Shown: positions 1 through 9,939 of the stretch, one piece after another
How positions within the stretch are numbered: position 1 is the stretch's first letter
How the letters are laid out: every line of letters starts with the position of its first letter
NCBI GenBank assembly: GCA_003221005.1
Contig: QHTZ01000066.1
Coordinates: 806 to 64,805 of the forward strand
DNA length: 64,000 nt
Reading direction: 5' to 3'
Origin: Gemmatimonadota bacterium
GTDB lineage: Bacteria > Gemmatimonadota > Gemmatimonadetes > Gemmatimonadales > GWC2-71-9
Made by a program: the position numbers and the translations under genes
Notes under the pieces: model-generated
What the model was told of the DNA's origin: nothing
Seen by the model: only the letters and a program-made list of their open reading frames with translations
Database searches by the model: none

Positions 1-111
1 CAATTCGGCCTGGGCGCGACATTCCAGCCGTGAACCCTAGTAGCCCATCACGGGCCGTCACGCGCGTGAGATCTCCGCTCCGTTTCCGCTTTCCGTGCTT
101 GCCAGTTGCCG

Positions 112-1677
112 TTACCTCACCCCTTCCGGGGTGACAGTCCGGCCCACGCCCCCCCGCCGATCCAAGCTCCGATACTGAATCGCCTCGCTCACGTGCTTCG
201 GCGCGAGCTCCGCCGCCCCATCGAGGTCGGCGATCGTGCGGGCGATCTTGAGAATCCGGTGGTACGCCCGCGCCGACAGGCCCAGCCGTGTGATCGCCGT
301 GCGGAGCAGCGCGTCAGCGCCATCGGACACGCGGCAGCATGCCCGGATGTCGCGCGGCGCCATGTGGGCGTTGGCGTACACGCCGGGCCGCTTGGCAAAG
401 CGCTCCCGCTGCACCAGCCGCGCTCGATCCACGCGCTCGCGCACTGCGTCACTCGGCTCTCCCCCGCCCTGCTCCGCGAGAGCGCGGTATTTCACCGCCG
501 GCACCTCGAGGTGGATGTCGATCCGGTCGAGCAGCGGGCCGGACACGCGTGCGAGATAGCGCTCCACGCCGAGCGTCCCGCAGGAGCAATTGTGCTGCGG
601 GTCGCCGAAATAGCCGCACGGGCACGGATTCATCGCCGCCGCGAGCATGAAACGGGCGGGATACGACAGGCTCATCGCCGCGCGCGCGATCGTGACCACA
701 CCGTCCTCCATCGGTTGGCGCAACACCTCGAGCACGTTCTTGCGGAACTCGGGCAACTCGTCCAGGAACAACACGCCGCCGTGCGCCAGGCTCACCTCGC
801 CGGGGCGGGGATACGAGCCACCGCCGATCAGGCCGGCGTCCGAGATCGTGTGGTGCGGGGCGCGGAACGGCCGCCGCGCGACGAGCGACTCGCCGAGCGG
901 CAGGGTGCCTGCGACAGAGTGGATCTTCGTCGTCTCGAGCGCCTCGTCGAGACTCATCTGCGGGAGGATCGTCGGCAGCCGGCGGGCGAGCATCGTCTTC
1001 CCTGAGCCTGGCGGGCCAACCATCAGAATGTTGTGCCCGCCGGCGGCGGCCACCTCGAGCGCGCGCTTGGCGTGCGCCTGACCCTTCACCTCCGCGAAGT
1101 CCACGTCGTCGCGCTGACGGTCCTGGAAGAGACGAGTGACGTCCACGTCCGCGGCGGCAAGCTCTACGCGGCCGTCGAGAAAGTCGCCGAGCTCCGCCAG
1201 GTTCGCCGCGCCGAGCACGCGGATTCCGGAGACGACGCCAGCCTCCGCCAGGTTCTCGCGCGGCAGCACCAGCGTTTCCAGTCCGGCGGCGCGCGCCGCG
1301 AGGGCCACGGGAAGCGCACCCCGCACCGGCCGGATCGCGCCTTCGAGCCCGAGCTCGCCCAGGACGACCACGCGCCCCAGGCGCTCGCCCGAGATCTGCT
1401 CGGTGGCGGCAAGGATGCCCACGGCGATCGGCAGGTCGAACGCCGAGCCTTCCTTGCGGATGTCGGCCGGGGCGAGGTTCACGGTAATGCGCTTCAGGGG
1501 GAAGGTGTAACCCGTGTTGGCGACCGCGGCGTAGACCCGTTCGCGTCCCTCCTTCACGGCACCCTGCGGCAGCCCCACAGTGGCAAAGCTCGGGAGGCCG
1601 TTCGCGATGTCGGTCTCGACGTCCACGAGATAGGCGTCGATGCCGAGCACGGCGGCGGAACGGACCCGGGCGAGCAC
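112..1677 (-). CDS. comM: YifB/ComM-family Mg-chelatase-like AAA+ ATPase
   Basis: 521-aa ORF. N-terminal ChlI/Lon-like domain (AAVLGIDAYLVDVETD), Walker A GPPGSGKT, Walker B VLFLDELPEF, C-terminal Mg-chelatase domain. Confidence 0.9.
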   Translation of the reverse strand: MLARVRSAAVLGIDAYLVDVETDIANGLPSFATVGLPQGAVKEGRERVYAAVANTGYTFPLKRITVNLAPADIRKEGSAFDLPIAVGILAATEQISGERLGRVVVLGELGLEGAIRPVRGALPVALAARAAGLETLVLPRENLAEAGVVSGIRVLGAANLAELGDFLDGRVELAAADVDVTRLFQDRQRDDVDFAEVKGQAHAKRALEVAAAGGHNILMVGPPGSGKTMLARRLPTILPQMSLDEALETTKIHSVAGTLPLGESLVARRPFRAPHHTISDAGLIGGGSYPRPGEVSLAHGGVLFLDELPEFRKNVLEVLRQPMEDGVVTIARAAMSLSYPARFMLAAAMNPCPCGYFGDPQHNCSCGTLGVERYLARVSGPLLDRIDIHLEVPAVKYRALAEQGGGEPSDAVRERVDRARLVQRERFAKRPGVYANAHMAPRDIRACCRVSDGADALLRTAITRLGLSARAYHRILKIARTIADLDGAAELAPKHVSEAIQYRSLDRRGGVGRTVTPEGVR

Positions 1678-1795
1678 GGGCTACGTTACCGTCGACGTCA
1701 CCGCATCGTGGTACGCGAAGTTATGCCGTGTTGACCGGAATCACGCGAGACCGGGGCCCTGGTGACCCGCGCCCCCTCACACCATCGTTCGTGCC

Positions 1796-2614
1796 GTGAG
1801 CGCACCGAGTCAGACGTCAGGACTGCCCCAAGACTTCGCGCCCGCGAGCGACGAAGCCTGGCAGCGGGTCTCTGCCGCCCCGGGCTTCCTGAGCGAGCGC
1901 GAGGCGCGATTCCTGGCGTTGGTGGCCGCCGCGGCCCCCGCTCGCGGCGCCATCCTTGAGATCGGCAGCTTCAAGGGAAAATCGACCGTCGGCCTCGCAT
2001 CCATCGCCGCTCGCTACAGCCTCGGCAGAGTCATCGCCGTGGACCCCTTCACCGCGCCGTCGAGCACCGATCCGAGTCTTGGAGGCTCAGCTTCGTCGTA
2101 CGATGACTTTTGCCGCACGCTGGCGCAGGCGGGCCTCACCGACCACGTCGAGGTGCACCGCCACTTCTCCCGCGATCTCGCAAGCGGGTGGAATCGCCCC
2201 ATCCGGGTCCTCTGGGTCGACGGCGATCACACCTACCGGGGCGCGAAGGAAGACCTGGACCTGTTCGCACCACATCTCGCGGACGGGGGGATCGTCGCGA
2301 TGCACGACGTGTTGCACAATTTCGAGGGTCCTATTCGCGTGTTCGTCGAGGAGGTCCTCCAGTCGGACCGCTACGGTCCCGCGGGGTTCTGCGGTTCGAT
2401 CGGCTGGGCGCAATACCGGCCGCGCGACGGCGCGGCCCCGCGGTTCAGGGAGCTGCGTGCAGCGCAGGCGCGACGTGCGGCTCGACTACTGCCGTTCTCC
2501 ACCCGCGGACGGGGGCTCCGGGGGCTCGCGAAGCTACGCTATCAGATTTACCGGGCGGCTGTGCCCCACGGCGACGTGGATCCGCACGCCTGGGCCGACC
2601 TCATCCGTCGCTAG
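1796..2614 (+). CDS. class I SAM-dependent methyltransferase (Methyltransf_24-like)
   Basis: 272-aa ORF with GTG start. SAM-binding loop ILEIGSFKGKST and VDGDHTY motif typical of this methyltransferase class. Confidence 0.6.
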   Translation: MSAPSQTSGLPQDFAPASDEAWQRVSAAPGFLSEREARFLALVAAAAPARGAILEIGSFKGKSTVGLASIAARYSLGRVIAVDPFTAPSSTDPSLGGSASSYDDFCRTLAQAGLTDHVEVHRHFSRDLASGWNRPIRVLWVDGDHTYRGAKEDLDLFAPHLADGGIVAMHDVLHNFEGPIRVFVEEVLQSDRYGPAGFCGSIGWAQYRPRDGAAPRFRELRAAQARRAARLLPFSTRGRGLRGLAKLRYQIYRAAVPHGDVDPHAWADLIRR

Positions 2615-3720
2615 TTCGCCGCGATGCGCGCCTCGGCGCCGCGGGGGAAGCACTCCGCGAACAAGGACCCGATCGCCTGCTCCACGTCCCCCAGCGGGAC
2701 TTCGGCCACGCCGTCCGGGTGCCCCACCGCGCGGTGCGGGGAGCGATAGGGATACCACAGCGTCGAGCCGTCGAGCGGTTGATGGAAGAGACCGACGGTC
2801 GGAATCTTCCAAGCAGCGCCCAAGTGGACCACGGATGTGTCCGGCGTCAACAAAGCATCGAACTCGCGGACCATCGCCGCGAATTCGTGAAATGACGCTG
2901 CTGCAGGAATGACCCGAGCCCCAGTCGCGGCTGCGATCGCTGCGATCTCCTGAGAAAACTCCGGAGCGCCGCCCACGAGGACCTCAAAGCGCGGGTCGGA
3001 GTTCTGTATCCACCGAAGGCAGGCCACGAAATTGTCGCGGCCCCAATACCGTGGTGAGATGTTGACGCCGAGGCGTAACGGCCGCTCGGACGGCCCCAGC
3101 CGCTCGCGCGCGAGTCTGCGGTCACCCTCGCTGAGCTGATACTCCAGATCGAGCGGAACCTGGCTCGGGTCGATTCCGAACGGCAGCAACAGCTGGGCGA
3201 TGCGTTCCACGATGTGGAACCGCCGCTGGTCGAGGAGCGGGACGGCATGGGTGTAAAGCCCCGACCGTACGTGTCTGATGCCCACCCGGTAGCGCGCCCC
3301 GCTCAACCGAGCCACGAGCTGGGCGTTCGCAGAGGGGTTATCCATCAAGTCCACCACCACGTCGTAGCGCGCGCGTCGCAGTGCTCGCAGCAGTCGCACT
3401 GCGCCCATCGCGGTCCTGTCGTAGCACCACGCCTGGTCGATGTAGGGCTCGACCGCCTGGCGCACGCCGTAGTTCTTGCGGCTGAATAGCATGTGGATCT
3501 GAGCCTGGGGGTATGTGCGGCGCAACGCGCGGATCACGGGGACTGAGACCAGCACGTCGCCAATCCGGTCTTGTCGCAGCAGCAGGATGCGGGGCGAGCT
3601 GCCGAGCGCGAGCGAGCTCTGCGGCGTGGTCACGAGCTCGCCGCTGAAGGGCCGGTCGGTCACGGCGAGAAAGCCGCGCCGCACGTAACGCTCGAGGGAT
3701 TTGAGGACCGCGCTGCTCAC
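2611..3720 (-). CDS. glycosyltransferase family 9 (heptosyltransferase-like)
   Basis: The ORF is open to 4293, but its upstream part is an Arg/Pro-rich shadow of the thioredoxin gene. The GTG at 3720 overlaps the upstream stop (GTGA). RILLLRQDRIGDVLVSVPVIRAL and LLTPDTSVVHLGAAWKIPTVGLF match GT9 signatures. Confidence 0.75.
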   Translation of the reverse strand: MSSAVLKSLERYVRRGFLAVTDRPFSGELVTTPQSSLALGSSPRILLLRQDRIGDVLVSVPVIRALRRTYPQAQIHMLFSRKNYGVRQAVEPYIDQAWCYDRTAMGAVRLLRALRRARYDVVVDLMDNPSANAQLVARLSGARYRVGIRHVRSGLYTHAVPLLDQRRFHIVERIAQLLLPFGIDPSQVPLDLEYQLSEGDRRLARERLGPSERPLRLGVNISPRYWGRDNFVACLRWIQNSDPRFEVLVGGAPEFSQEIAAIAAATGARVIPAAASFHEFAAMVREFDALLTPDTSVVHLGAAWKIPTVGLFHQPLDGSTLWYPYRSPHRAVGHPDGVAEVPLGDVEQAIGSLFAECFPRGAEARIAAN

Positions 3721-4274
3721 CCGGCGCGCCACTTGATCGAGCACCCGATGCTCGGGACCTGCTCGAGCGGGCCCTGTCCCGTGCGCGCGACCTGGAGCAT
3801 CGCCTCGAACAGATCGCGCCGCACGTCGGCCGGCGCCGTCTCCTTGCGCGAAGCGTCGAGCCGGCCGCGGTACTGGAGCTCCAGGGCGGCGTTGAAGCCG
3901 AAGAAGTCGGGCGTGCACACGGCACCGTAAGCCTTCGCCACTTCCTGGCTCTCGTCCCAAACGTGCGGGAACGGATACCGGAACTGCTGGGTCACCTTCC
4001 GCATGTTGTCGAACGAATCCTCGGGATAGTCCGCGGGATCGTTCGACATGACAGCGATCGAGCCGATCCCCTGGCCCTGGAGCTCGAGACAGTCGCGCAC
4101 GATGCGCTCGCGCACCGCTTTGACGTACGGGCAGTGGTTGCAGATGAACATCACGAGCAGGCCCTGCTCGCCCCGGACGTCGGCGATGCCGTAGCGCTTG
4201 CCGTCCACTCCGGGGAGGTCGAAGTCCACGGCGTTCCAGCCAAAGTCGCAGATCGGGGTTTGCAGGCTGACCAT
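3717..4274 (-). CDS. thioredoxin-fold thiol-disulfide oxidoreductase (AhpC/TSA-like)
   Basis: 185 aa with a CNHCPY CxxC motif in a thioredoxin-like context (LLVMFICNHCPYVKA). Confidence 0.7.
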   Translation of the reverse strand: MVSLQTPICDFGWNAVDFDLPGVDGKRYGIADVRGEQGLLVMFICNHCPYVKAVRERIVRDCLELQGQGIGSIAVMSNDPADYPEDSFDNMRKVTQQFRYPFPHVWDESQEVAKAYGAVCTPDFFGFNAALELQYRGRLDASRKETAPADVRRDLFEAMLQVARTGQGPLEQVPSIGCSIKWRAG

Positions 4275-4324
4275 GACGCGAAAGGTAAGCCACCGGTCAA
4301 GATTTCCAATCGTATCTTTGCGGC

Positions 4325-4656
4325 ATGACCGACATCACTTACGACGACTTCGCCAGGGTGGACATCCGCGTAGGACGGATCATTCAGGTGGTCGATTTTC
4401 CCAAGGCGCGGAAGCCCGCCTACAAGCTGCGCATCGACTTCGGAGCGCTCGGCGTGAAGACCTCGAGCGCGCAGATCACGAAGCACTATGCGAGGGAAGA
4501 CCTGCAGGACCGCCTAGTGCTGGCGGTGGTGAACTTCCCGCCGCGCCAGATCGCCGACTTTTTCTCCGAAGTGCTGACGCTCGGGGTGATGCTCGGGGAC
4601 GCCGACGTGGCGCTCGTGCAACCCGACCGCGACGTGCCCCTCGGGAGCCGGATCGC

Positions 4657-4660
<4 letters not shown>
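4325..4660 (+). CDS. tRNA-binding domain protein (CsaA/YgjH-like)
   Basis: 111 aa. [26 protein letters not shown] pattern characteristic of CsaA-type OB-fold tRNA-binding proteins. Confidence 0.8.
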
Positions 4661-5964
<1,304 letters not shown>

Positions 5965-5998
5965 ATGCGTCGATCATCCCCGGGCTCGACGGTCGCTA

Positions 5999-6544
5999 TT
6001 AGAAGATCTTGTCTTGCAGGGCGACGCTGAGCTGCAGCGCAGTGAGTCGCGCCCGACCCTGCACCGGGGGGCTTGTCGCCGTGCTGGCGACCCGCGCGCC
6101 GATGTAGACCTTGGTGCTCGTGAAGAAGGGCTTGATGGCCGCCGGGATGTTAAGGCTGATCGGCGTATTGACCGAGTCACCGGGGCTCACGGACCCGGAG
6201 GACACCGTCAAGAGCGCCGCTCGCGTGTACACGGCGCGAGCCGTGTCGATGTACAGCTGATACGTAACCGAGCCCGTTCCCTGTGCGTCGACGAACGCGA
6301 TCAGGCCTGTGAGGCTGGCTGAATCAACTATCGAGGAGCCGGCACCGGTCGGGAGCAGGTTGACGGTCTGAACGGGAATAGTGTCGGGCACGCCGGGTGG
6401 TAAAGGCGCGTAATACGGCACCGTATCCCGGTTCGCGGTCTTCAGGAAGCTGTACACGTCCACGTTGAAGATCACGCGCCCCTGTCCGCAACCGGCCCCA
6501 AGGCTCGCGGCGATCAGCGTCACCGTAATCCAAGTCCTGTTCAT
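5999..6544 (-). CDS. hypothetical lipoprotein
   Basis: 181 aa. Signal peptide with lipobox (LIAASLGAGC). Lies 9 nt downstream of the barrel gene on the same strand. Confidence 0.5.
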   Translation of the reverse strand: MNRTWITVTLIAASLGAGCGQGRVIFNVDVYSFLKTANRDTVPYYAPLPPGVPDTIPVQTVNLLPTGAGSSIVDSASLTGLIAFVDAQGTGSVTYQLYIDTARAVYTRAALLTVSSGSVSPGDSVNTPISLNIPAAIKPFFTSTKVYIGARVASTATSPPVQGRARLTALQLSVALQDKIF

Positions 6545-6553
6545 CGCCGTCTC

Positions 6554-7960
6554 CTAGTAGATCGCGAGTGACGTCGCCATCGAAATGGCGCGCTGGTCCG
6601 CTAGAGCGTTGGAGCGCGTCCAGAATCCCAGATCGAATCCGAAGGGGCCGAAGCGGACTCCCCCGCCGAACCCGAACTCGACCTTTTTGCGCTGGTCGCG
6701 CGCGATGCCGCCCCGCACCGCGATTGGCCCAAACCGCTGCTCGGCACCGACGTGGACCGTCGCCCCGCGGCCGTTGTTCAACACCTCCGCACCCACCGTC
6801 GAGCTGCCGAGCGAGTAGATCACATTCGCCAAGTAGCTCACTGGCAGCTTGGTCTTCGTTTCCGCGTGCAGCTTGGTGGAATCGGTGACCCAGCCCCGGG
6901 CGCTGCCGCTCACCGTCGTCGTATCGTAGCGCTGGTAGTCGATGCGCGTGTCGGGCCACGTGATGGTCGCGCCGATGTCGTTCACGCCCAAGCCGAACAC
7001 GATCGGCCCGGCCACCCACGCGACGCCCGCGTCCACGCCCACGCCATGCCCGAGGCTGTTCCCCCACTTCGAGTAGCTGGTCGTGGCGCGCAGGTCGGGT
7101 CTCACGGGGTTGGCGCCGGCGAAGATGGTATCCCCCGTCGTGAACCCGCCGCTTCCCGTGGAGCTCCCATAGGCGGCCCCGAGGTAGTAGTGCACGCCGA
7201 TGCCCGCGTACATGCTCCGGTCCTCGTTGCCGTACACGCGGCCCGAGTACCCGACCGACGGGGCAAGTCCACCCTCGGCAAGGCCGTTTCCGAGCACGTT
7301 GTAGAGCGTCTGATGCCGGGCGGGGTGCGCGTCCTTGAGGAGCGCGAGCAGCGAGTCGCCGAGCTGGAGCTCCACTTCGTTGTGCAACCACATCGCCACA
7401 CCGACCTGGACGCCGTGAAAGTCCGGCTCAACGGTGATCGGCCGGCTCGACCAGGCTAAGCCGAACGGTTCTGCCGGGATGAGGGTCTGTGCCTTCCCGA
7501 GGTCCACCTGCAGCAAGTCCTTGCCGATGCCGAAGGTCACGTCGTTCGTGGGCGTCGGCGGCTCCTTGACCTGAATGAATAAGGGCGGGCTGAGGATCAG
7601 GTTCAGCAGCTCGACCGGATTGAAGCGCGCGGAGTCAGGGTGGAACAACGGATCGTTGGTGAGATTCCCAATCGGGTGGTCCTTGAAGAACTGAATCAGC
7701 CCGAACGGTATCGGGATCGACGCCTTGGCACCGCCCTGGATTGTGCGGGGCGGGACTGCCCGGTAGGCAACGTTATAGCGGCTGAGCGACGCGTCCACCC
7801 TGAGGCTCACGCCGCCCATGCCGGCGCGTTGGGCGTTGGTAAAGAATCCCTGGCCGGCGAGGGGCGCGGCGGCGAGGAACAGAACGGCCAGCGCGGAGCT
7901 CACGACAGTGGTGCGCACCTGTTGCCTCACGGGGAGCGGGTGGCTGACAGTAAGCTGCAA
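6554..7960 (-). CDS. putative outer-membrane beta-barrel protein
   Basis: 468 aa. N-terminal signal peptide (ALAVLFLAAAPLAGQG), alternating Gly/aromatic beta-strand pattern, C-terminal aromatic residue (..SLAIY). Confidence 0.5.
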   Translation of the reverse strand: MQLTVSHPLPVRQQVRTTVVSSALAVLFLAAAPLAGQGFFTNAQRAGMGGVSLRVDASLSRYNVAYRAVPPRTIQGGAKASIPIPFGLIQFFKDHPIGNLTNDPLFHPDSARFNPVELLNLILSPPLFIQVKEPPTPTNDVTFGIGKDLLQVDLGKAQTLIPAEPFGLAWSSRPITVEPDFHGVQVGVAMWLHNEVELQLGDSLLALLKDAHPARHQTLYNVLGNGLAEGGLAPSVGYSGRVYGNEDRSMYAGIGVHYYLGAAYGSSTGSGGFTTGDTIFAGANPVRPDLRATTSYSKWGNSLGHGVGVDAGVAWVAGPIVFGLGVNDIGATITWPDTRIDYQRYDTTTVSGSARGWVTDSTKLHAETKTKLPVSYLANVIYSLGSSTVGAEVLNNGRGATVHVGAEQRFGPIAVRGGIARDQRKKVEFGFGGGVRFGPFGFDLGFWTRSNALADQRAISMATSLAIY

Positions 7961-7986
7961 CAGGATAAGGGTTTTGGCGGTACGCG

Positions 7987-9939
7987 CTAGTGAGCCGCGT
8001 CACTTTGGGGGCGGCGGGACGCCGCTACCAGGGTGATCGTCACTGTGGTCCCCGCGCCCAGAGTGCTCGTGAGGGTGATCGTTCCGCCCCAACTGTCCAC
8101 GAGCCGCTTGGCGATGGCGAGCCCCAACCCCGAGCCGCTTGACGTCGTAGAGAACGCGGGCTCGAACACGCGCGGCAGGAGGTCGGAGGGAATGCCTCGC
8201 CCGTCGTCCTCCACAGCCACCTGACGACCGCCGGCGGAGACCCGCACCACCACGTGCCGCGCTCCCGCGTTGCGGGCATTCTCGAGCAGGTTGACGAGCA
8301 CCTCCTTCACTTCGTCACGACGCGCTTCGACGGGCGGGCCCGCCTCGCCAGCGAGCTCGAACCGAGTCGCACTCGCGGCGCCGCCGAGGGAATACAGCTG
8401 CACCACCTCGCGCGCCACGGCGTGGAGGTCCACGGGCTCGAGCGGGAGGGCCTCTTCCGCCGGCGAGCCGAAGCGCGAAAAGGCACGGGCGATAGCGTCG
8501 AGCCGGTTGATCTCGGCGAGAATCCGGCCGGCCGTGTCGCGCAGCGTGTTGTCGAAATCCGCCTTGCGGTAGGCGCGCTGCAGGTGCTGGATGCCGAGCC
8601 GGATGGGCGTCAGCGGGTTCTTGATTTCGTGCGCCACCTGCCGTGCCATCTCCCCCCACGCGAGCACCCGGGCGGCCCGCGTGAGTGCGGTCGCATCGTC
8701 GAGCGCCACCACGCAGCCTGCCGGCTCGGGCCCAAGGGGGGCGATCTGGACGCGGATCTGACGGCCGCCGATCGCGAACTCGCGCTCCAGGATCTCGCTC
8801 GCGCCGCGCGCGAGGAACTCGGCCACGGCGTTCCATACGGCTGTCCACTCGCCGGCACCGGCTTCGCGGAGGTTCGTCCCGCGCTCGAGCGCGCCGCCCA
8901 CCAGCTCCGCGGCCCGAGCGTTCGCGAGCGTGACGCGCAGCCCGCCGTCCACCGCAATCACGCCGGTCGCGACGTTCGCCAACACTTGCGCGATGCGTCG
9001 TTGTGCGTCTTCGAGCGCCGCCTGGCTCGTCCGCACGTCGGTCGCCATGCGCTCGAACGCCGTCATCACGGGCTCGAACTCCCGCGGCGCGCCCGGGGAA
9101 AACGCCGGCGGCGGCGTGCCTCGTCCCACAGCCACCGCCGCCTCCCGCAGGGCCGCAACCGGGCGGGCGAGCCCGCGCGCGGCAAGCCCCGCCAGGTAAA
9201 TCGCGGCGATCAAGCCCGCGCCGGCCGCACAGAGCAGCGTGAGCGCGAGGTTCTCCTGTTGCTGGCGCACCGCCTGGTCGTCGAGCAGTTGCGGCGCCGC
9301 GAGGATCGCCTGGGTCTCGGGCGGCCCGGCGACGACGACGCGGTAGCCGATCCGGATCGGACGGCCAGCGGTTGTGCCGTCCGCGGCCAGCTCAAGCTCG
9401 TCCTCCAACGCGAGGCGCTCGAACGCGGGCGGCGGGAGGAAAGGATCCACGAGGCCGAGCTCGCCAAGCACCGGCGTGCTGGTGCCCGCGAGCACGCCGT
9501 CGCGGTACAGCCAGAGGTCCGCATCGAGCTGCGTGCTGAGCTCGGCGACGGCCGCCGGGACCGCCGCCGGGCGCTCGAACGACAGCGCCCCCGCCGCACC
9601 CGCGGCGTCCTTGAGCGTCTGGCGGATAAGGAGATCCCGGTCGTCGCGGACCTCGTTGGAGACTCGCGCAAAGCTCCACAGCGCGAACGCCAGTACCGGC
9701 AACCCGAAGAATCCCGCGAGCGCGGCCGCGAGACGCAGCCGGTAGCTCGAGCGCACCGCTGAGAGGATAGGCGTGATCTGGGGGCGCCAGCCCTCAGCCA
9801 AGACCACGCCGAGCAACCAGCAGCCGGCGAGCAACGCCACGTCAACGACGACCACCAGCGCTCCGCGCACCAGCAGCGGCCACGGTCCCTGCAAGTCGAC
9901 CCGCAGGTGCACGTGCCGCACGCCCCCCGGCAAGTCCAC
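7987..9939 (-). CDS. sensor histidine kinase (NtrY-like: 2 TM, HAMP, PAS, HisKA, HATPase)
   Basis: H-box HEIKNPLTPI, N-box LVNLLENARNA, G-boxes EDDGRGIP and GSGLGLAIAKRLV. The start is uncertain (GTG 9939 or GTG 9840); see the frameshift finding. Confidence 0.8.
   Translation of the reverse strand: MDLPGGVRHVHLRVDLQGPWPLLVRGALVVVVDVALLAGCWLLGVVLAEGWRPQITPILSAVRSSYRLRLAAALAGFFGLPVLAFALWSFARVSNEVRDDRDLLIRQTLKDAAGAAGALSFERPAAVPAAVAELSTQLDADLWLYRDGVLAGTSTPVLGELGLVDPFLPPPAFERLALEDELELAADGTTAGRPIRIGYRVVVAGPPETQAILAAPQLLDDQAVRQQQENLALTLLCAAGAGLIAAIYLAGLAARGLARPVAALREAAVAVGRGTPPPAFSPGAPREFEPVMTAFERMATDVRTSQAALEDAQRRIAQVLANVATGVIAVDGGLRVTLANARAAELVGGALERGTNLREAGAGEWTAVWNAVAEFLARGASEILEREFAIGGRQIRVQIAPLGPEPAGCVVALDDATALTRAARVLAWGEMARQVAHEIKNPLTPIRLGIQHLQRAYRKADFDNTLRDTAGRILAEINRLDAIARAFSRFGSPAEEALPLEPVDLHAVAREVVQLYSLGGAASATRFELAGEAGPPVEARRDEVKEVLVNLLENARNAGARHVVVRVSAGGRQVAVEDDGRGIPSDLLPRVFEPAFSTTSSGSGLGLAIAKRLVDSWGGTITLTSTLGAGTTVTITLVAASRRPQSDAAH

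Noticed and set aside
72-98. Possible eighth copy of the heptad element downstream of comM (CGTTTCCGCTTTCCG), next to the 12-bp palindrome TCACGCGCGTGA at 58-69.
   Set aside because: It has only two degenerate units with CC rather than CCC tracts, and no partner arm lies within the window. That is too weak to call. It may continue beyond the window edge.
106-1005. Long ORFs antisense to, or in alternative frames of, well-supported genes. Examples: 106-1005 (+), 13203-14876 (-), 36065-38278 (+), 49761-52367 (+), 58066-59964 (-), the 5' part of 20086-22527 (+) and the upstream part of 41601-43565 (-).
   Set aside because: They are Arg/Gly/Ala/Pro-rich with no recognisable motifs. Each overlaps a gene that has clear family signatures and strong third-position GC. 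This is the typical behaviour of shadow ORFs in a ~70% GC genome.
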